From the NCBI RefSeq assembly GCF_006345805.1, contig NC_043008.1, positions 26,102,001 to 26,166,000 of the forward strand: a stretch of DNA of 64,000 nt, given 5' to 3'. Source of the stretch: Octopus sinensis (Eukaryota). Position 1 is the stretch's first letter. The number at the start of each line of letters is the position of its first letter. The position numbers and the translations under genes are program-made. Of this stretch, positions 12,100 through 26,345 are shown piece by piece. Under the pieces are notes generated by a model. It was given only the letters and a program-made list of their open reading frames with translations, searched no databases and was not told where the DNA came from.

Positions 12100-14430
12100 T
12101 AAATTAGTTTCTTTTTTATTTTTCCCTACATTTTATTCAGATGTGTACACAACTCAAATCCATAGCTTCTACAATCCAGCAGCTATTAGCACATCAGTAT
12201 TACAACTCCAATCCCTACTCATGCTAATCAGTATCTTGACATCCAAAAATATGACAACACCCAGTCTCTGATTGTAGCACTCCACATCCCTGCAGGGTCT
12301 ACCTGCAGTGCTTGTGCCACTACCAATAGGTAGAAGTGAAGCATGAGCTATTTGGTTGTTTTCATCATCTTTTTTGCACCAGCCTGACACAACAGGCCTC
12401 GAATGCACTATCAATGTGGAGATGCAGCGGCTACCTCTTCCTCTCAGCTATGTGGCAGTAGCCATTCACCACCACTTCAGACAAGACAGCATGCCTGCCT
12501 GATGCCCAATTCTCACTGGTCATCACACTCAGCTTTGGAGGCTTCAGAAAAATCTCCCTTAAAGTCCTAACAGTGGCCAGCACCCTGATATCATCAACTG
12601 GACTCTGGACTTTGGTCAACCCAACAATTGGGAATGATTTTTCTATTTTGCTCTACTCACTTTCAGTCTCTCCAAAACCAATGCTAATCAAGGTGGCCAG
12701 TCCACATTGACCCTAGACAGAGCCAACATTTCACCCTTTTGGCAGGTACCCATGCTTAGTGTATCCAAACATGTTGCATCCCACTTATTTGCACACCTAG
12801 TCTTCACCCCTTACTCAGCTGTGTGCCATCAGCCTACCTGCTGGCTTACCTGTCATATAGGTCTCCAAGCGTGCTCCTCACTGTGGATAAGGTCATACTG
12901 TCTTTGACTGGCATTCAGGAGGATGATTCATTAGGCACCTATCTCTTCACTCATGGGATAGTTAACATTTCTCAGCACATCAGAGCTCCTTTCAACATAT
13001 ATTATCTGGATGATGTGACAATCGGTAGGCCTGTTGAGAGTGTCTGCTACAACCACTGACCAGTGATTCCTGCTCTAACAAGGATCAGCCTCAAGATTAA
13101 CTCATCTAAGTTGGTGGTCATGAATATCAAGTATAGCACAGAGAGCTTCGTGGCCACCATTTTGGATGAGCAATCATTATTGCTCCAGATGCCGGTGACA
13201 TTGAAAGTGGATGTTCTTAGGCTCCTTAGTTTGCCAATCCTCCACCTTGCCATTTGTTTCACCCTCAGGTCCAGGCATTACCAACTTGAAACTTTGACAA
13301 GTAGAATGAGTGTGATCAATGCTCATCCTGCATTCTTCTTGTTAAGGAATTGCTTCTTCATTCTGAAGCTATTGTATATCTTTCACAGTCCCCCTTGTTA
13401 CAGATCTTGATGCTTGCATCCAATGGGATGCCTGAAAGATATGCAACGTTTAGTTTAATGACACTGGAAGGCAAGGCAAAAGGCCACTTCACCCATCAGA
13501 TACGACAGACTCAGACTCTGGTCTTACTGGTCCTGCTGACATTTCTTTCTTTGGTGACCCTTTTCTGTGTCTTCCTCACAGGGTTCTCCACAACGCAACT
13601 GAACCAACTGTAATTGAGGAGCATGAGATGGCCTATGTAACATGGAGCCAACTTGGCATCCTTCCTACAGACACCCATCCCCCTCTCCCCTCTGTGGTCA
13701 GCTAGCCCACTTAAAACAAAAGGGACACCATCCAGTGCAGCTTGATCTTGGATGAGTTGGTGAATCAACTTGACCAGCACTATCTGGCCTGTCTCTTCTT
13801 GACCTCCCAGCCCTATGATTATGCCTGGCTCAATGCAGTGTCATCACTCTTGAGTGGCACTTAGCTTAACAGCAACTGTCTGTGCATCAGCATTTCCCAG
13901 AGTTTTGGCCTCTTGATCTGTATGCCTAACAAATACTGCTGTGGATCCACAGTGGATTCTTTTGATTTCTACCCATTGACATTTCATTATAGAGCTGGTT
14001 GCCATTATCGTGCTGTTCTCAATGAGATCATAAAATATGGGCCCAGATACCACAAGCTTCTCTTCCCAGCTGAAGCCAGTGAAGCTGGACCAAGGGGGAC
14101 AGCACATGGCCTGATGGTATGACAGTTTTCCATTTCCATCTGGGATACCACATGCTGTGACACTATGTCCAGTGGTAGCATGGTGTGTTCAGCTGCCAGC
14201 CCAGGCTTTGATGCTCATCAGAATGAGAAGGGCAAACTGTCTAAGTATCACCTGCTCTCTGACAGGTTTGTGGTTGAGCATGTGGAAACCTCCAGCTTTT
14301 TCGAACTGCTATTGGGGCAGAGATGGCTATTCACAAGTGTGAGACTTATGAATCATAAAGGTTGTTCCAGTGCATCTCCCTCACCATCCTCTGAGAGAGT
14401 GCTTTTCCATTTTCTCTATTGGGATGAGGC
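12100..14430 (+). mobile_element. Degraded CRE-like non-LTR retrotransposon (RT plus restriction-like endonuclease)
   Basis: Fragments GIQEDDSLGTYLF (motif B'), YYLDDVTIG, C.CGSTVDSFDFYPLTF...G.HYRAVLNEIIK (zinc-knuckle-like), WPDGMT and KLSKY..L...F....VETSS fit CRE-clade architecture. The start is approximate. Confidence 0.65.
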
Positions 14431-14449
14431 AGACTGATAAACCCTTTTA

Positions 14450-15700
14450 TTAGGTTGTCAAGGAAGTTCTTACGGTTTTTAACTTTTAAATTCAGATGCA
14501 CATATCTCAACTCAAGCAAAACTTTATTAATTGAAATAAACACCATCAGAATCAACACACTTTTGCCAACACGAAACAAGTAGCATAAAAATCCTGCATT
14601 CTGGTGGTAATGAAGTCGTTGAAGGCGTGTTTGGCATCGTCTTGGTTTTTTAAGCATTTCTCATGCAGCAAGTTGTCGAGATGCTTGAAAAAGTGGTAGT
14701 CAGTAGGTTAGAGGTCTGGTTAGTATGGCGGATGAGGCAAAGTTTCGTAGCCCAATTCGTTCAACTTCTGCAGGGTCAGTTGTGTGACATGGGGCCGAGC
14801 ATTGTCATGGAGAAGAATTGGTCCTTTTCTATTGACCAATGCTGGCTGTTGTTGTCAGAGTTTCTTATGCATTTCATCCATTTGCTGACAGTACTTCTCT
14901 GCCGTAATGGTTTCACCTGGATCCAAAAAGCTGTGATGGATGAGGCCAGCTGCAGACCACCAAACAGTCACTATGTCCTTCTTTTGGTGCAAGTTTGGCT
15001 TTGGGAAGTGCTGTGGAGATTTGTCAGTGTCCAACCACTTAGCTGAGCATCGCTGGTTGTCGTAAAGAATCCACATTTCATCGCAAGTCACAATCAAGTG
15101 GAGAAACTGGTCGTTCTTGTTGCATAAAAGAAGGGAAGACAACACTTCAAAACAGCGTTTTTTTATGGTTGTCATTCAGTTCGTGTGGCACCCATTTCTC
15201 AAGTATTTTTGTTTCACCAGTCTCTTTCAACTGGTTAGAAATTGTCATATACGTTACGTCTAATTCAGAAGCAAGCTCTTGAACAGTTGTGCGTGGACTG
15301 GCTTCCACTGAGGCTCTTAGTTGATCCTTGTCAACATCCAATGGCCGACCACTACACTTATCACCTTCAAGACTCTCGTCACTGCTCTGAAATTTCTTGA
15401 ACCACCATTGTGCTGTACGTTCATTAGTGGTTCCTGGGCCAAATGCATAGTTGATATCGTGAGTTGTTTCAGCAGCTTTTCGGCCTAGCTTGAACTGGAA
15501 TAAGAATATTGAGCGAATTTGTTTTTTGTCCATGTTGTATTCAGTTTTCCGGAAAAAATGGCCTAATTATTCAAAAAAAAAAAAGAGTAACACTATTAGA
15601 TAGAGCATAAAGTGGGTTTTAAACTGATATATAAAGTCACAGTAATTTAACAGTTAAAACCAAAATTTAAAATTCCACAATAACTTTCTTGACATCCTTA
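14450..15700 (-). mobile_element. Mariner transposon (Hsmar1/cecropia-like), frameshifted
   Basis: ORFs 15147..15533 (MDKKQIRSIFLFQFKLGRKAAET...WVPHEL) and 14855..15175 ([13 protein letters not shown]). Imperfect TIRs TTAGGTTGTCAAGGAAGTT at 14450 and its inverse ending near 15700, with TA at the left flank. Confidence 0.9.
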
Positions 15701-18700
15701 GTTGTTACTTTCTGTTGGTATATGACATCACTGTTGTGTTATACATTTTTCTTTGCTTACTTTTTTTATGCTATTTTCAAATATATAGCAAATTTTGTTG
15801 TTTCTATGATTTATTCATTTATCTGCAAGGTAAACTTTGTGAAATCAAAGATTTTAGTAAGGAGGTAAGTAGATATGGCCCTGGTATCTTCATGGAACAG
15901 CCTTGCTCAGTATGAAGAAATGGAGTTGATATAAACTCCATGCATAGTATCCAATGTAGACAATGGGCACACAAGTGTTGTAGTGGAATCACAGTGAAAG
16001 TAATTTTTATATGTGATAGATACACTGATACAAATAAGCATACCAGAAATAGATTTTCTTAAATATCTGGATGGTACACTGTAAGTAGTCAATAGCCTTT
16101 AGTTGCAATTAGCAGACAAGATGGTAAATAGATTGTAAAAAGGTCAGGGAGCTACTATAGAGTGAAGGGCAGATTGTATGATATTTGTGTTAAGAACCGC
16201 AATGCTGCATAGCAGCATGATGTAGGCCTTTAAGAGGGCTTACAAAACTATGAGAATTTCTTTTTCTTCTCTGTTCACTAAATAAAAGTATGAAGTCTGT
16301 CAAATACGGTGATGCTGGATCAATAATCAGGGTATAATTATTGAGTTGTTGTTGTCTCAGTATCTTAAGTGATGCTTATACTATTTTGTATTTGGGGACA
16401 ACTGGAATAGCTTTATACATTTTCTAAGAAAATGAGCTGCCATACAGTTGAATCCTATCCAAGGGGGGGCCTTTATTACTCATATCCATTTATATCACTG
16501 CAGAAACTGCTATTCAATACTGAAAGTGTAGGATTTTCTGATTCACAAAATCAATCAATTATGTTAACAGTGATATATATATATATATGTATATATAGTC
16601 ATTTGTGAATATAAGATATTTACTAAAAAATTATTACATTTAAGCTCTAAACTGCTTTAGCAAAACACCAATAATATGGTTTCTAGTAACATTTCAATAT
16701 TGGCAGGTAAACTGAAATGACTCCAATTAAATATGACAAAAATAATAAATCATCAAATTATTTTACAGATGCCAAAAATCTTAAAAGCATTTTATACTTT
16801 TATTCATTATAGTTTTATTGTAAACTAAGAGAAACTTGGTGTGTAATTTAATAGATTAGAAAAAAATTGATATAGAAAGAACTTTGCAGGCAGTTTCAGT
16901 ATGAAATACTGTCAAATATTTGTTTTTTAAAACTGAAACTGCAGCATTGAGTCAATAAATATAACAAAAACATAAGTTTTCTTTATTTTTCTTATTTATT
17001 TCCAATATTTTAGATAAATGTAAAATTTTCTTTTATATTTAGAAAAAAGACAGTAAATAAATGAACAAATAAGAAATTCATGTGATAGTTTAACTTTTGG
17101 CATTATTCCCGTAACTAGAGGGTTTCTCATTACAAAGTTATAAAACAAAAAAAGTTATGATATTTTAAAAATTTATGTTTTGTATTTAGTTTCATGAGAC
17201 TATCAGTATTCGTGTACTTTTTATCAAAGAGAATTTCATCAAAAAGTATTCTTTCTTATTCAATTACATCATAGAAAATTCATTTTAGACAACATAAAAA
17301 AGCTATTATTTCTTTGTTTGTGTCTTAATAGTATTGTCAATCATGAAGGGTCAAAACATCTATTTGCACTTCCTAAATTACACCAATGAAATAATTCCAC
17401 TACTGCACCTTCATTTGAAAATTGAAAACCCTTTTAATATTCAGTTTAATGCAAAAAGGAAGCATTAAAGCATTTTTCGATTGATGAAATCTTTAGTAAT
17501 TGTTTCAGTTTCTTTCTTTTGTTTTCTTTTTACTTAAAATCTCACCTGCATTTCTGTAAAATCAAAAAGTAATTCCAGATAGTATTTATGAACTTCCCTG
17601 CTTAGTAATTATCCAATCAAAATTATGCCATCTATCAAAGTGGCTAATGTTATCTATACATTTAAACCCTGCAGTAATTATAAAGAAGGATCTTTTTTCG
17701 TAACTCATTATCTTCCTGAGTTAATTCCAATATATAACTTCTAACATCACCACAGCCACCACTTTTCTCAAGATGGAGTATCTTCATCTTATAAATATTA
17801 TATTTCACATATGCAAACTGAAACTAATTGAAGAATATAACTGAGTCGATGTAAGTTTAAATCCATATCAAATGTTACGAATGCTTATTTACTAGAAAGG
17901 TTGGAAGAATAAAAAACTTTATTTCTGTCTTTCTTCAACAAACAGTACAAAGTACCAGAACATATGACAATATTATTAGAAATAGACTCACTGTCTATGC
18001 AGAAGAAGATTTAGTTTTCACACATTTAAGCCTGAAGTTGGGTTCTCCTCTTTATTGCCTCTTGTGTCTATAAAGGCATTTAAAAGCATTTTGTTCAGAA
18101 AGGTTTCAAGACTTTTACCTAATTAAATCTAAAATTTTTTGATAATTTTTATTATCTCTATTGCTTTCACGGAATACTTTGAAATAGGTCTTTTAAATTA
18201 TCTATCCAAACATTATTCTCCCTTCTCAACAACGTAAAATCTGGCTCTAAAATATTACACTGTATTTCATTGCTGGAAGCAAACAAAGGTATCAGCATTT
18301 AAAGCAAATACAAATTTGTTCAGACGTTTCATACACATGTTCACCCCCCCCCCACTCCTCTTTGAAGTCTTCTATCCCCACACCCTTACAACCACTATCC
18401 ATCCATTTTTCCTGCTCTTTTGCCCCATTTTCTCTTCTTTTCCTTTTCTTGTATCTCAGCATCACTCTCTTTCTCTTCTCACCCCACCCCTCATACTCCC
18501 ACCCACTTATATGTAATGTGACATAGCCACATATCGCTTTCACAACAGTAAACCTGCTCCTGTCCCTCCCATCACACTATAATTTCTCAGCATCTTTCAT
18601 AGAGCTACCTTCTTCTCTACTAATCTCCTTTTTAGTCAATGGGGCTTCTTAGTCTTGCAGGTAACCTCATTAGTGCTGATGTTAGAAAATGCACCTAATA

Positions 18701-20932
18701 GGGTCTATAAAGTGGCTGGTATCAAGAAGGAAATTTAAACATAGAAGACACTGGGGTTGTGGTTGTTATACTTGTTGGATCCAACCCATGCCAAAATAAG
18801 AAGCAAATGATAGTTGATGATGATGGATATATTATCAAATCCTCTATAATGATTTATGAAAAATCTCTTTTCTGTGTCATGATGTACAAGACATATCAGG
18901 TGCCATAGTCAAAGAAGTGAACTCTAATTGCATTCCATAACATTAATATTCTTATATTCTTTTACTGGTTCTATCATTCTGCTAGGATGATGGATGATGT
19001 TAGTATATGAACCATATTTATACCAGTATATTTCACTATGTTAATTATTTTGTTGATTTCTACTGAATTGCTAAGTTATATTTTTTTGACATGCAACCTG
19101 TCACATTGGTCTAAAAATAAACAGGAGCATGGACATAGACATACACATAAACATAAAATAAGCTTTCACACAGTTTCTATTTAGGAAATTCCATATACAA
19201 GGCAATTGTTTAGTTAAAGCCACAATAGAAAACACTAAATGGCAGAGCTGTAAAATGAAACCCAGAATGATATAATGTGAAGCACACTTAACCATATGAC
19301 TTTCTTATGAAATAATGTTATTTTTCATGTTTTCGTATAGCAGTTTGAAAGCTATTTATAAAACAATAAGAATAGAATTTCATCAGACAAAAAGTTTCTT
19401 AAATAACATTTGTTTCTTTGTATCTTTCTTCTGAAGTTTGATTCTGATAGTTTAAAAAAGTAACTATTATGCTAAATTAGCATACTTGAGGGTGTGGCAG
19501 TGTCTAAGCAGGTCAGAAGAATTCATAGATTTCTGGGATATTTTCTACACAAAATTTTCTTTCTTAACGTCCTCTCCTACATACCACCCAATTAAAACTG
19601 GTGAAAAGAGCCTGAAATGGAAATTTTCAGAACTAAATTACTCACAGAAATGGATAAATAAGTTGATGGCTTTTGCAGAGGCAATTTAGAAAGATCTTGC
19701 ATGAAAAAATGTAGTGGTTAGTTTAGTTATTGTGTAAAAGAGTATATATCATACATTTGGTGGGAAGGAAATCTATTTTGAGGAATAATGTATCGTACCA
19801 ACTTTGGATATATCATTATACTTTATCATAACACCAAAGACAGAAGATGTGATTAAAATCTTTTTCTTCTTTATATTTGTTATTGTTATTATTATTGGTC
19901 TTGTTAATCTGTCTGACATAGAAAATAAAATCAAAGCAGAGCTGGCTTTGGGGTCATGTTCAAAAGTAGCAATCGTGACTCTTTCCATGGTGTTTGATTG
20001 TTTCAGGAAGCTCATAGATTTGCTATTTGCTTCAAGCACCAATCTTAAATATGATTATCTCTACCAGGCAATAAGAATCATTGAAATATCTCATTGGATG
20101 TGCTTCAGCAAGATAAAAAGGTTCACAATAATATCAATCAGATTGCTCAAATACTGACAGATTTTTTATTGGCCATATTTTCTAGATATAGGAAGTAATT
20201 TACCAAGCAGGAAATTGTTTTACTATAAAACTTATGCATGGAAAGATATAAAATTTCTAAACTATACAAATCACAATCTTTGAACTGATAAGAGAATCAA
20301 AATGAAAATAAAAAAAATAGATAAATGATTTACTGTATGTTTTCCCTGCATTTCACTTAAAGTGAACTGGAAAGAACAGAAGAGACTTTTGTATATAACA
20401 ATGAATAAAATAAAATATAAAAAAAAACTCATCAAAGTAAATATGATATTGCAATTTCTTTCTTATATTTATGACAAAATATCTTGCCTCTCAGCTTTTA
20501 AATATTCAAAAGGAATTTTCTTTTCATCTTAAATGTTGAACAGATAAAATGACAAGTGGATTTTTTTACTGTGTCAATTACATAGTATACTATTAGTTTC
20601 TTCTTACTTCTTTATGTCTATCAACAAAAATTAAAAAAAATGAAAATCTAAAACCTGAAACAGAAAAATTACCCATCACATGTTAAATGCTGGAAACATT
20701 AAAGCCACAGATCTCTTTTAACATGTACAAAAAAAGGGAAAAAATAACAATCAGTAGAAATTTAATTTTATTTTCAGTGTATTTTTCTACTTCTAAAATG
20801 AAATGTAAAATTTGGTTTACATTACTTAGCATATATGTCAATAGTTCTCTGTTGCATTGCAAATATCAGCTACTTTTCAATAATCTTGTAATCATTGTTT
20901 AGTTTGTAAATAACGCAATCAAATCTTCCAGA

Positions 20933-21160
20933 GGCACCTAGCTTAGTGGTTAGAATATTGGACGGACTCATGATTGTAAGATTGTGGTTTCAGTTTCTGG
21001 ATGAGGTGATGCATTGTATTCTTGAGCAAAACTCTTCATTTCATAGTGTGCCACTCCACTCAGCTGGTAAAAATGAGTAATCCTATGAGGGACTGGAGTG
21101 CCATCCAGGGAGGAATATATATGCCAGAGAAACCAGGAAACTGGTCCTATGCTCTTTATG
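20933..21160 (+). mobile_element. Old tRNA-derived SINE
   Basis: GGCACCTAGCTTAGTGGTTAG A-box-like head, a degenerate B box and a SINE-like body. Confidence 0.45.
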
Positions 21161-22978
21161 GAATAATGTGAACTCGTGCCTAACTATTATATCTAAGTTT
21201 AACCTTTCCAGTGTGTTATCACAAAGGCAATCTTCAGAAAATGTTATTAGCCATACACATATCCATGTTTGCACAGTTTGCATTTACTGAAAGCAACTCA
21301 AGAAATATTAACTCAAAATTATTGTAGAAGACAATTCTTCAGGAAATGATAATATAAAGTTGAACTTGGAATAATGTGGTTGAAAAACATGCTTCTTAAC
21401 AATGCAGCCATATAATATGAGACAGCAATAAAAATGGTTGGTTTTCATAGCTAGGAAAGAATCAGCGATGATGATGCTTGCTAATAATTTGTGTTATCAA
21501 GAGAAGAAGCATAAAATATTTTGATATCAAAGATATAAATCAGAATGACATTGGGCAAAACATGTATTCAAAATAATTGTTATATATTGAATAATGTTCT
21601 TAAATACAAAATATGTCATGAAAAGGATTTATATAACAACTAACGAAAAGCACAAGATTCAGATTTAAACTTAGAGCTGTGATTAATGTAGCCAGAAGGT
21701 GTAGGCTTCAAAAAAATAAAATAAAAGGTGATTTTCTTTCAGGATTTCCAAGAAAAATCAAACTTCCAGGCATTCTAAGTAGACATATTTCTCTCTTCTA
21801 TATATTTGAAAGAATTAGATTAAGAGTTCTAAAGCTTCTTCATAAGCTACAAAAGTAACAAACTAAGACTATCTTGAATTTACTGCATTTCATTACAAAT
21901 ATCTCAAACAAAACTAATATCTAGAGTTATAACTCAATATTGCTTTCATTGTATTAAATTTTATGTATGAAGTAGGATTTACTTCTTTTAAATATATGTT
22001 CATATAAGCCAAATTTCATTTCGAACTAAATGTGTGTGTGTGTGTGTGTGTGTGGTGGGGTGTGTGCATGCATGCATGCATGAACATGTGCGTGTGAGTT
22101 CTTGGTTTTACATTTTGAATTTCACACTAATGAAGAAAGAGTCAACTTCTATCTGAAAAAACAAGAATCTTTCATTGGAATTTTGATAACATCAAACAGT
22201 GGTGTTGTTGTGTATGTTCTACTTTTAATTATTTGAAGCTTTCCTGTTAAGAAGGAGCTGGTCTCTAACAAAGATACAATGTTCCATAGATGGAATTAGA
22301 TAATAAAAACAAATTCACATTTTGAACTTGAGAAAAGCCTTGCATATTTTTACTGTTCTGCTTATAGATCATATTTGTAACATTTACGTTGGCAGTTTGA
22401 TTTTCTCTTTCTGAGAAACCCTAGCTTTTCCAGATTGTCACTGAAGCATTTACTCACAAAACTAAGTGTACCAAATACTATTGGTATAAATGTGAATATA
22501 TAATCTAGGTATAGAAGCTGGAGGATTCAAACCTGTCTATAGTTACCGTTTTTCTCTGAGATTATTGAAGAAATATTCATGTCAGCAGAGCAGTTGATGT
22601 CTATGACAGCAAATACTTTTCTTGCCAGTCTCATTTGTAATGTTATCCAGGTTTTTGTGTTTACATTTATTTGCATTTATGTGTGCATGCTTTTATGCAT
22701 GTATGCATGTATGTTTTAATGTTTGTGTGTATATGTATGTATGTATACAAATATTTATGTTCACATATATGCATATACATATGTCTGTTCACAAGCACAT
22801 ATGAGTGCAGGAATGGCTGGCATTTTATACGTAGATCATATTAAATGCTGATTTCTAGGAATGCTTTACATATTTTGATCGACACCTTGTAACTGTAATC
22901 TTTTGACTAGATAGGTTCTTTCTAGTTTTGTGAATCCCAGATTAGTGGTACTGAGACAGTAGCCAAGTGCTCCAATAA

Positions 22979-25064
22979 CACTGGTCAACAGCCAATTTTC
23001 ATCAGGGATATTATATGGTGTCTTATATGTAGTTTTGTCTGCAGATTTCAAAAATATAATTGGTTTCCTTCTATGGGGCACAGTTTTTCTGATGAAATAA
23101 GAGAGGTATATAACTCCCATCAATAGTATTGCTACACGTAAACATCTTATACAGGTAAATTCTATGTCAAGGCATTGCAAGAACAGTCCTGATATATTTT
23201 GTCATGTCTGTGGTTCATTTACCACCAAAGCTCAGCAACGTGCCATCACAAGTGAAATCAAGAAGATCCACCAGTTATACTTTGGCTGCTCTCTCGGGGA
23301 ACAAGATAAGAGTTGGGTCCCACACATCATCTGCTCAGCTTGTTCAAATGGACTAAGGGATTAGCTAAATAAGAGGAAGAGAGCAATGCCGTTTGCAATA
23401 CTTATGATATGGAGAGAGCCAAAGGATCATTTCATGGACTGTTATTTCTACAACGTTAATAATGTATATGGGTTTACTGTAAAGACCAATCATAAGTTTG
23501 TGCATCTCAACTTGGAATCAGCAAGAGGACCAGTACCTCACTACGATGATGATCTTCTTATTCCGATACCACCAGAAAATGACCTTCAGATGTCTGATGA
23601 AGATGTATTTCCTGAAGAAAATACTACTGTTGTGGAAGACACAGAAGTGGATGCAGATTTCATGATTGAAAATGAAGACATACCACAGAAATTTTCTCAA
23701 GGAGAGTTAAATGATTTAGTTAGAGACTTGTCATTGTTGAAGGATAAAGCTGACTTTGCCTACAAGAAAAGTGTCTGCTTAAGAAAGATGTTTGTATTAC
23801 TCATTTCAGGAAGAGAAATAGGGATCTGACTTCATGCTTCTCTGTTGATGGACCACTTTGTTTCAGTAATAACACTGATGAGGTATTTCGCTGTTTGTTC
23901 CAAGAGCATGCTCCAGCTGAATGGTGCTTATTCATTGATTCATCCAAGAGAAGCCTCAAGGCAGTACTACAAAACAATGGGAATAAGAAATCATCCATTC
24001 CTATAGGACATTCAGTGCACATGAAGGAGTGTTATGAAAACATGCAAGTACTCTTGAATGCCATAAAGTATACAAACTACAGCTGGAAAATATGTGGAGA
24101 CATAAAGGTGATTGGAATGTTGATGGGAATGCAATCTGAGTTCACCAAATATTGTTGCTTTTTATGCCTATGGGACAATCGTGCAACTAACAAGCACTAC
24201 GTGCAATCAGAGTGGCCTTTGCGAAAATCATATGAGCCAGGAGTTTCTAACGTCCAGAGTAAGCCACTTTTAAATCCAGAAAATGTTCTTCTTTCCCCTC
24301 TTCACATAAAGCTTGGTCTCATGAAACAACTTGTGAAGACACTTGCCAGAAAAAGCTTCAAAGGTTTTGAATATGTGGCAAAACTGAAGGAGGGCATATT
24401 CATAGGTCTGCAGATAAAAGAACTCCTGAAGGACAACCACTTCCTCACAGCAATGGATGAGATTGAGCTTAAAGCCTGGGAATCCTTCAAATGGCTCTGT
24501 GAAAATTTCCTAGGCAACAAGAGATCTCTAGAGTTTAGAAATGCAGTGAAATGTCTTCTAGACTCCTATGCTGTAATGGGCCTCCGGATGTCACTAAAAG
24601 TCCATTCCTTTGATTCACATCTGAACATTTTGCAGAGAACCTTGGAGAAATGTCTGATGATCAAGGGGGATGCTTTCATCAAGATATTGCATCGATGGAA
24701 CAACAATATTAAGGATTTTGGAATGCAGGTTAGATGTTATACAGGGATGAACCTGAGACAAAACACCATAGAAAATCCAAATCTCAAAGTGTTTAAGTTG
24801 TGTGTCTTCTAACTTATTTGTACACAATAATTTTAGTTTTGTACAATAAAAAAGCTATGAAATTATCATATCTTGTATTCAATATACTTTGTATAAACAT
24901 GCTTTACATATCCTATAAGTTAAAACAGCTGGTGTCATTAACATGAAAATGTGACTTGACAGAGGAAATTGGACTTCAGATTCGTAATCAGCATCAAAAA
25001 TTAACCCAGAAAAGTCAATCAGCAACTCTGATGATTAAAAAAAGTTTCATTTTGTTGACCAGTG
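22979..25064 (+). mobile_element. Chapaev3-type (CMC superfamily) DNA transposon with both termini
   Basis: Termini CACTGGTCAACA (22979-22990) and TGTTGACCAGTG (25053-25064). TAA is directly repeated on both sides (22976-22978, 25065-25067), matching the TWA target duplication of Chapaev3. Confidence 0.85.
23164..24812 (+). pseudogene. Chapaev3-type transposase pseudogene
   Basis: CKNSPDIFCHVCG...YFG..LG.QDKSW.PH..C..C Cys/His-rich domain, WREPKDH..DCYF, LFIDSSKRSLKAVL, ICGDIKV, CCFLCLWD, PLHIKLGLMKQ and MSLKVH. Split over three ORFs by a stop and frameshifts. Confidence 0.85.
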
Positions 25065-25989
25065 TAATTATTGGTAGAAATCTGAAGTTATAGTCCAGAT
25101 GGAGTGCCTACAGATTTGTTATCAGTTTGACATAGATGTTCTTTTCACTAATTTTTAACATTATGTTCACATCTTTGCATAGTTTCTTTTCTCTGTCTTA
25201 AATCATCATGTTTTGTCTGTTAACTAGAATTTTACTGAAGACTTGACAAGAACATTCCATCAATATATCGTTATGCAATCATATATACTTTGTAATATAT
25301 TATGGTTGCATGAAGAAATGCAGTATCCCTACAAGTAATTAGTCTGTATGTACCAGCTGTTAGGAATGTGTTTGATATGTAAAATTGATATATCCAATAG
25401 TGATACACTGCTATATTTAGTAACTATTTAAGTAATGAGTTTGTGGATGATAATGGGTTGAATGTGGTACGTAAGAAGGGGCATGAACTCCCGAAATATG
25501 CATATACACCCATTACCTATTTATCAATCTTCAATCACATTGTTTACTTTAGAAATATTTGGATATAAAACATCATGGAGAAGTCTATGCTGTCTATAAT
25601 GTCCATAGAAAATCTGTAGAGATAACCTTAAAATATTTTGAGAATGTCATAAGCCATTTATTTTCAGATCATCAACAAATAAATCTACTTATTTATTCTC
25701 CTGTTGCTCTCCATACTTCCTGTACTACCACTTGACACCTCCTCTTTCCTGAGCCTTCCTCTGCTTACTAATATTTTACATTGACCATACCTCCACACTT
25801 GTTCATCATTCACCTCACCACCATCTCTAACAACCTCTCACTCCTCTGTCATGCACTTATGAACTAACCTACCCATCTTTTCTGTTCTTTATGCACTCTC
25901 TCATACTCACCTTTGTATATCTTAAGAGTATGCTCTGATACCTTGTCACCACAATCTTTATCTTCTTTCTAGTTACTCTCACCCATCCT

Positions 25990-26345
25990 TATGTGAGTAG
26001 CCACATATAATACGAGTGAGACATCTAGTCTTGAATCTTTATCATATTTTGACCTTTTTTACACCTGGCTTAAGGCCAGTCCCCTCTCTACCACAACTCC
26101 ACTCAGTCGATGGGATACCTTCTATTTGCTCTGCAAGTTACTTGGCAACCTCACTAGTGCCAGTTCCATGAAAAAAAAAACACCCAGTATACTTTATAGA
26201 GTAGTTGGCATTAGAAAGGGCATCCATCAGTAGAAACCCTGCCAAAGAAGACAATGAAGCTTGATGCAGCTCTTTATCTCTTTGGATCCTGTTAAGCAAT
26301 CCAGGTCATGCCAGTATGGGAGACAGATTTTGAATGATCATTATT
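25990..26345 (+). mobile_element. RTE LINE 3' tail remnant
   Basis: GTTGGCATTAGAAAGGGCATCC...CATGCCAGTATGG, similar to the other RTE tails in the window. Confidence 0.55.

Noticed and set aside
19773-20157. Overlapping 117-aa and 89-aa ORFs that look membrane-like
   Set aside because: The hydrophobicity reflects T-rich composition, with no family motif or convincing exon boundaries.
22420-22500. Similarity to 45970-46040
   Set aside because: A short diverged dispersed repeat with no defining termini, so no class can be assigned.
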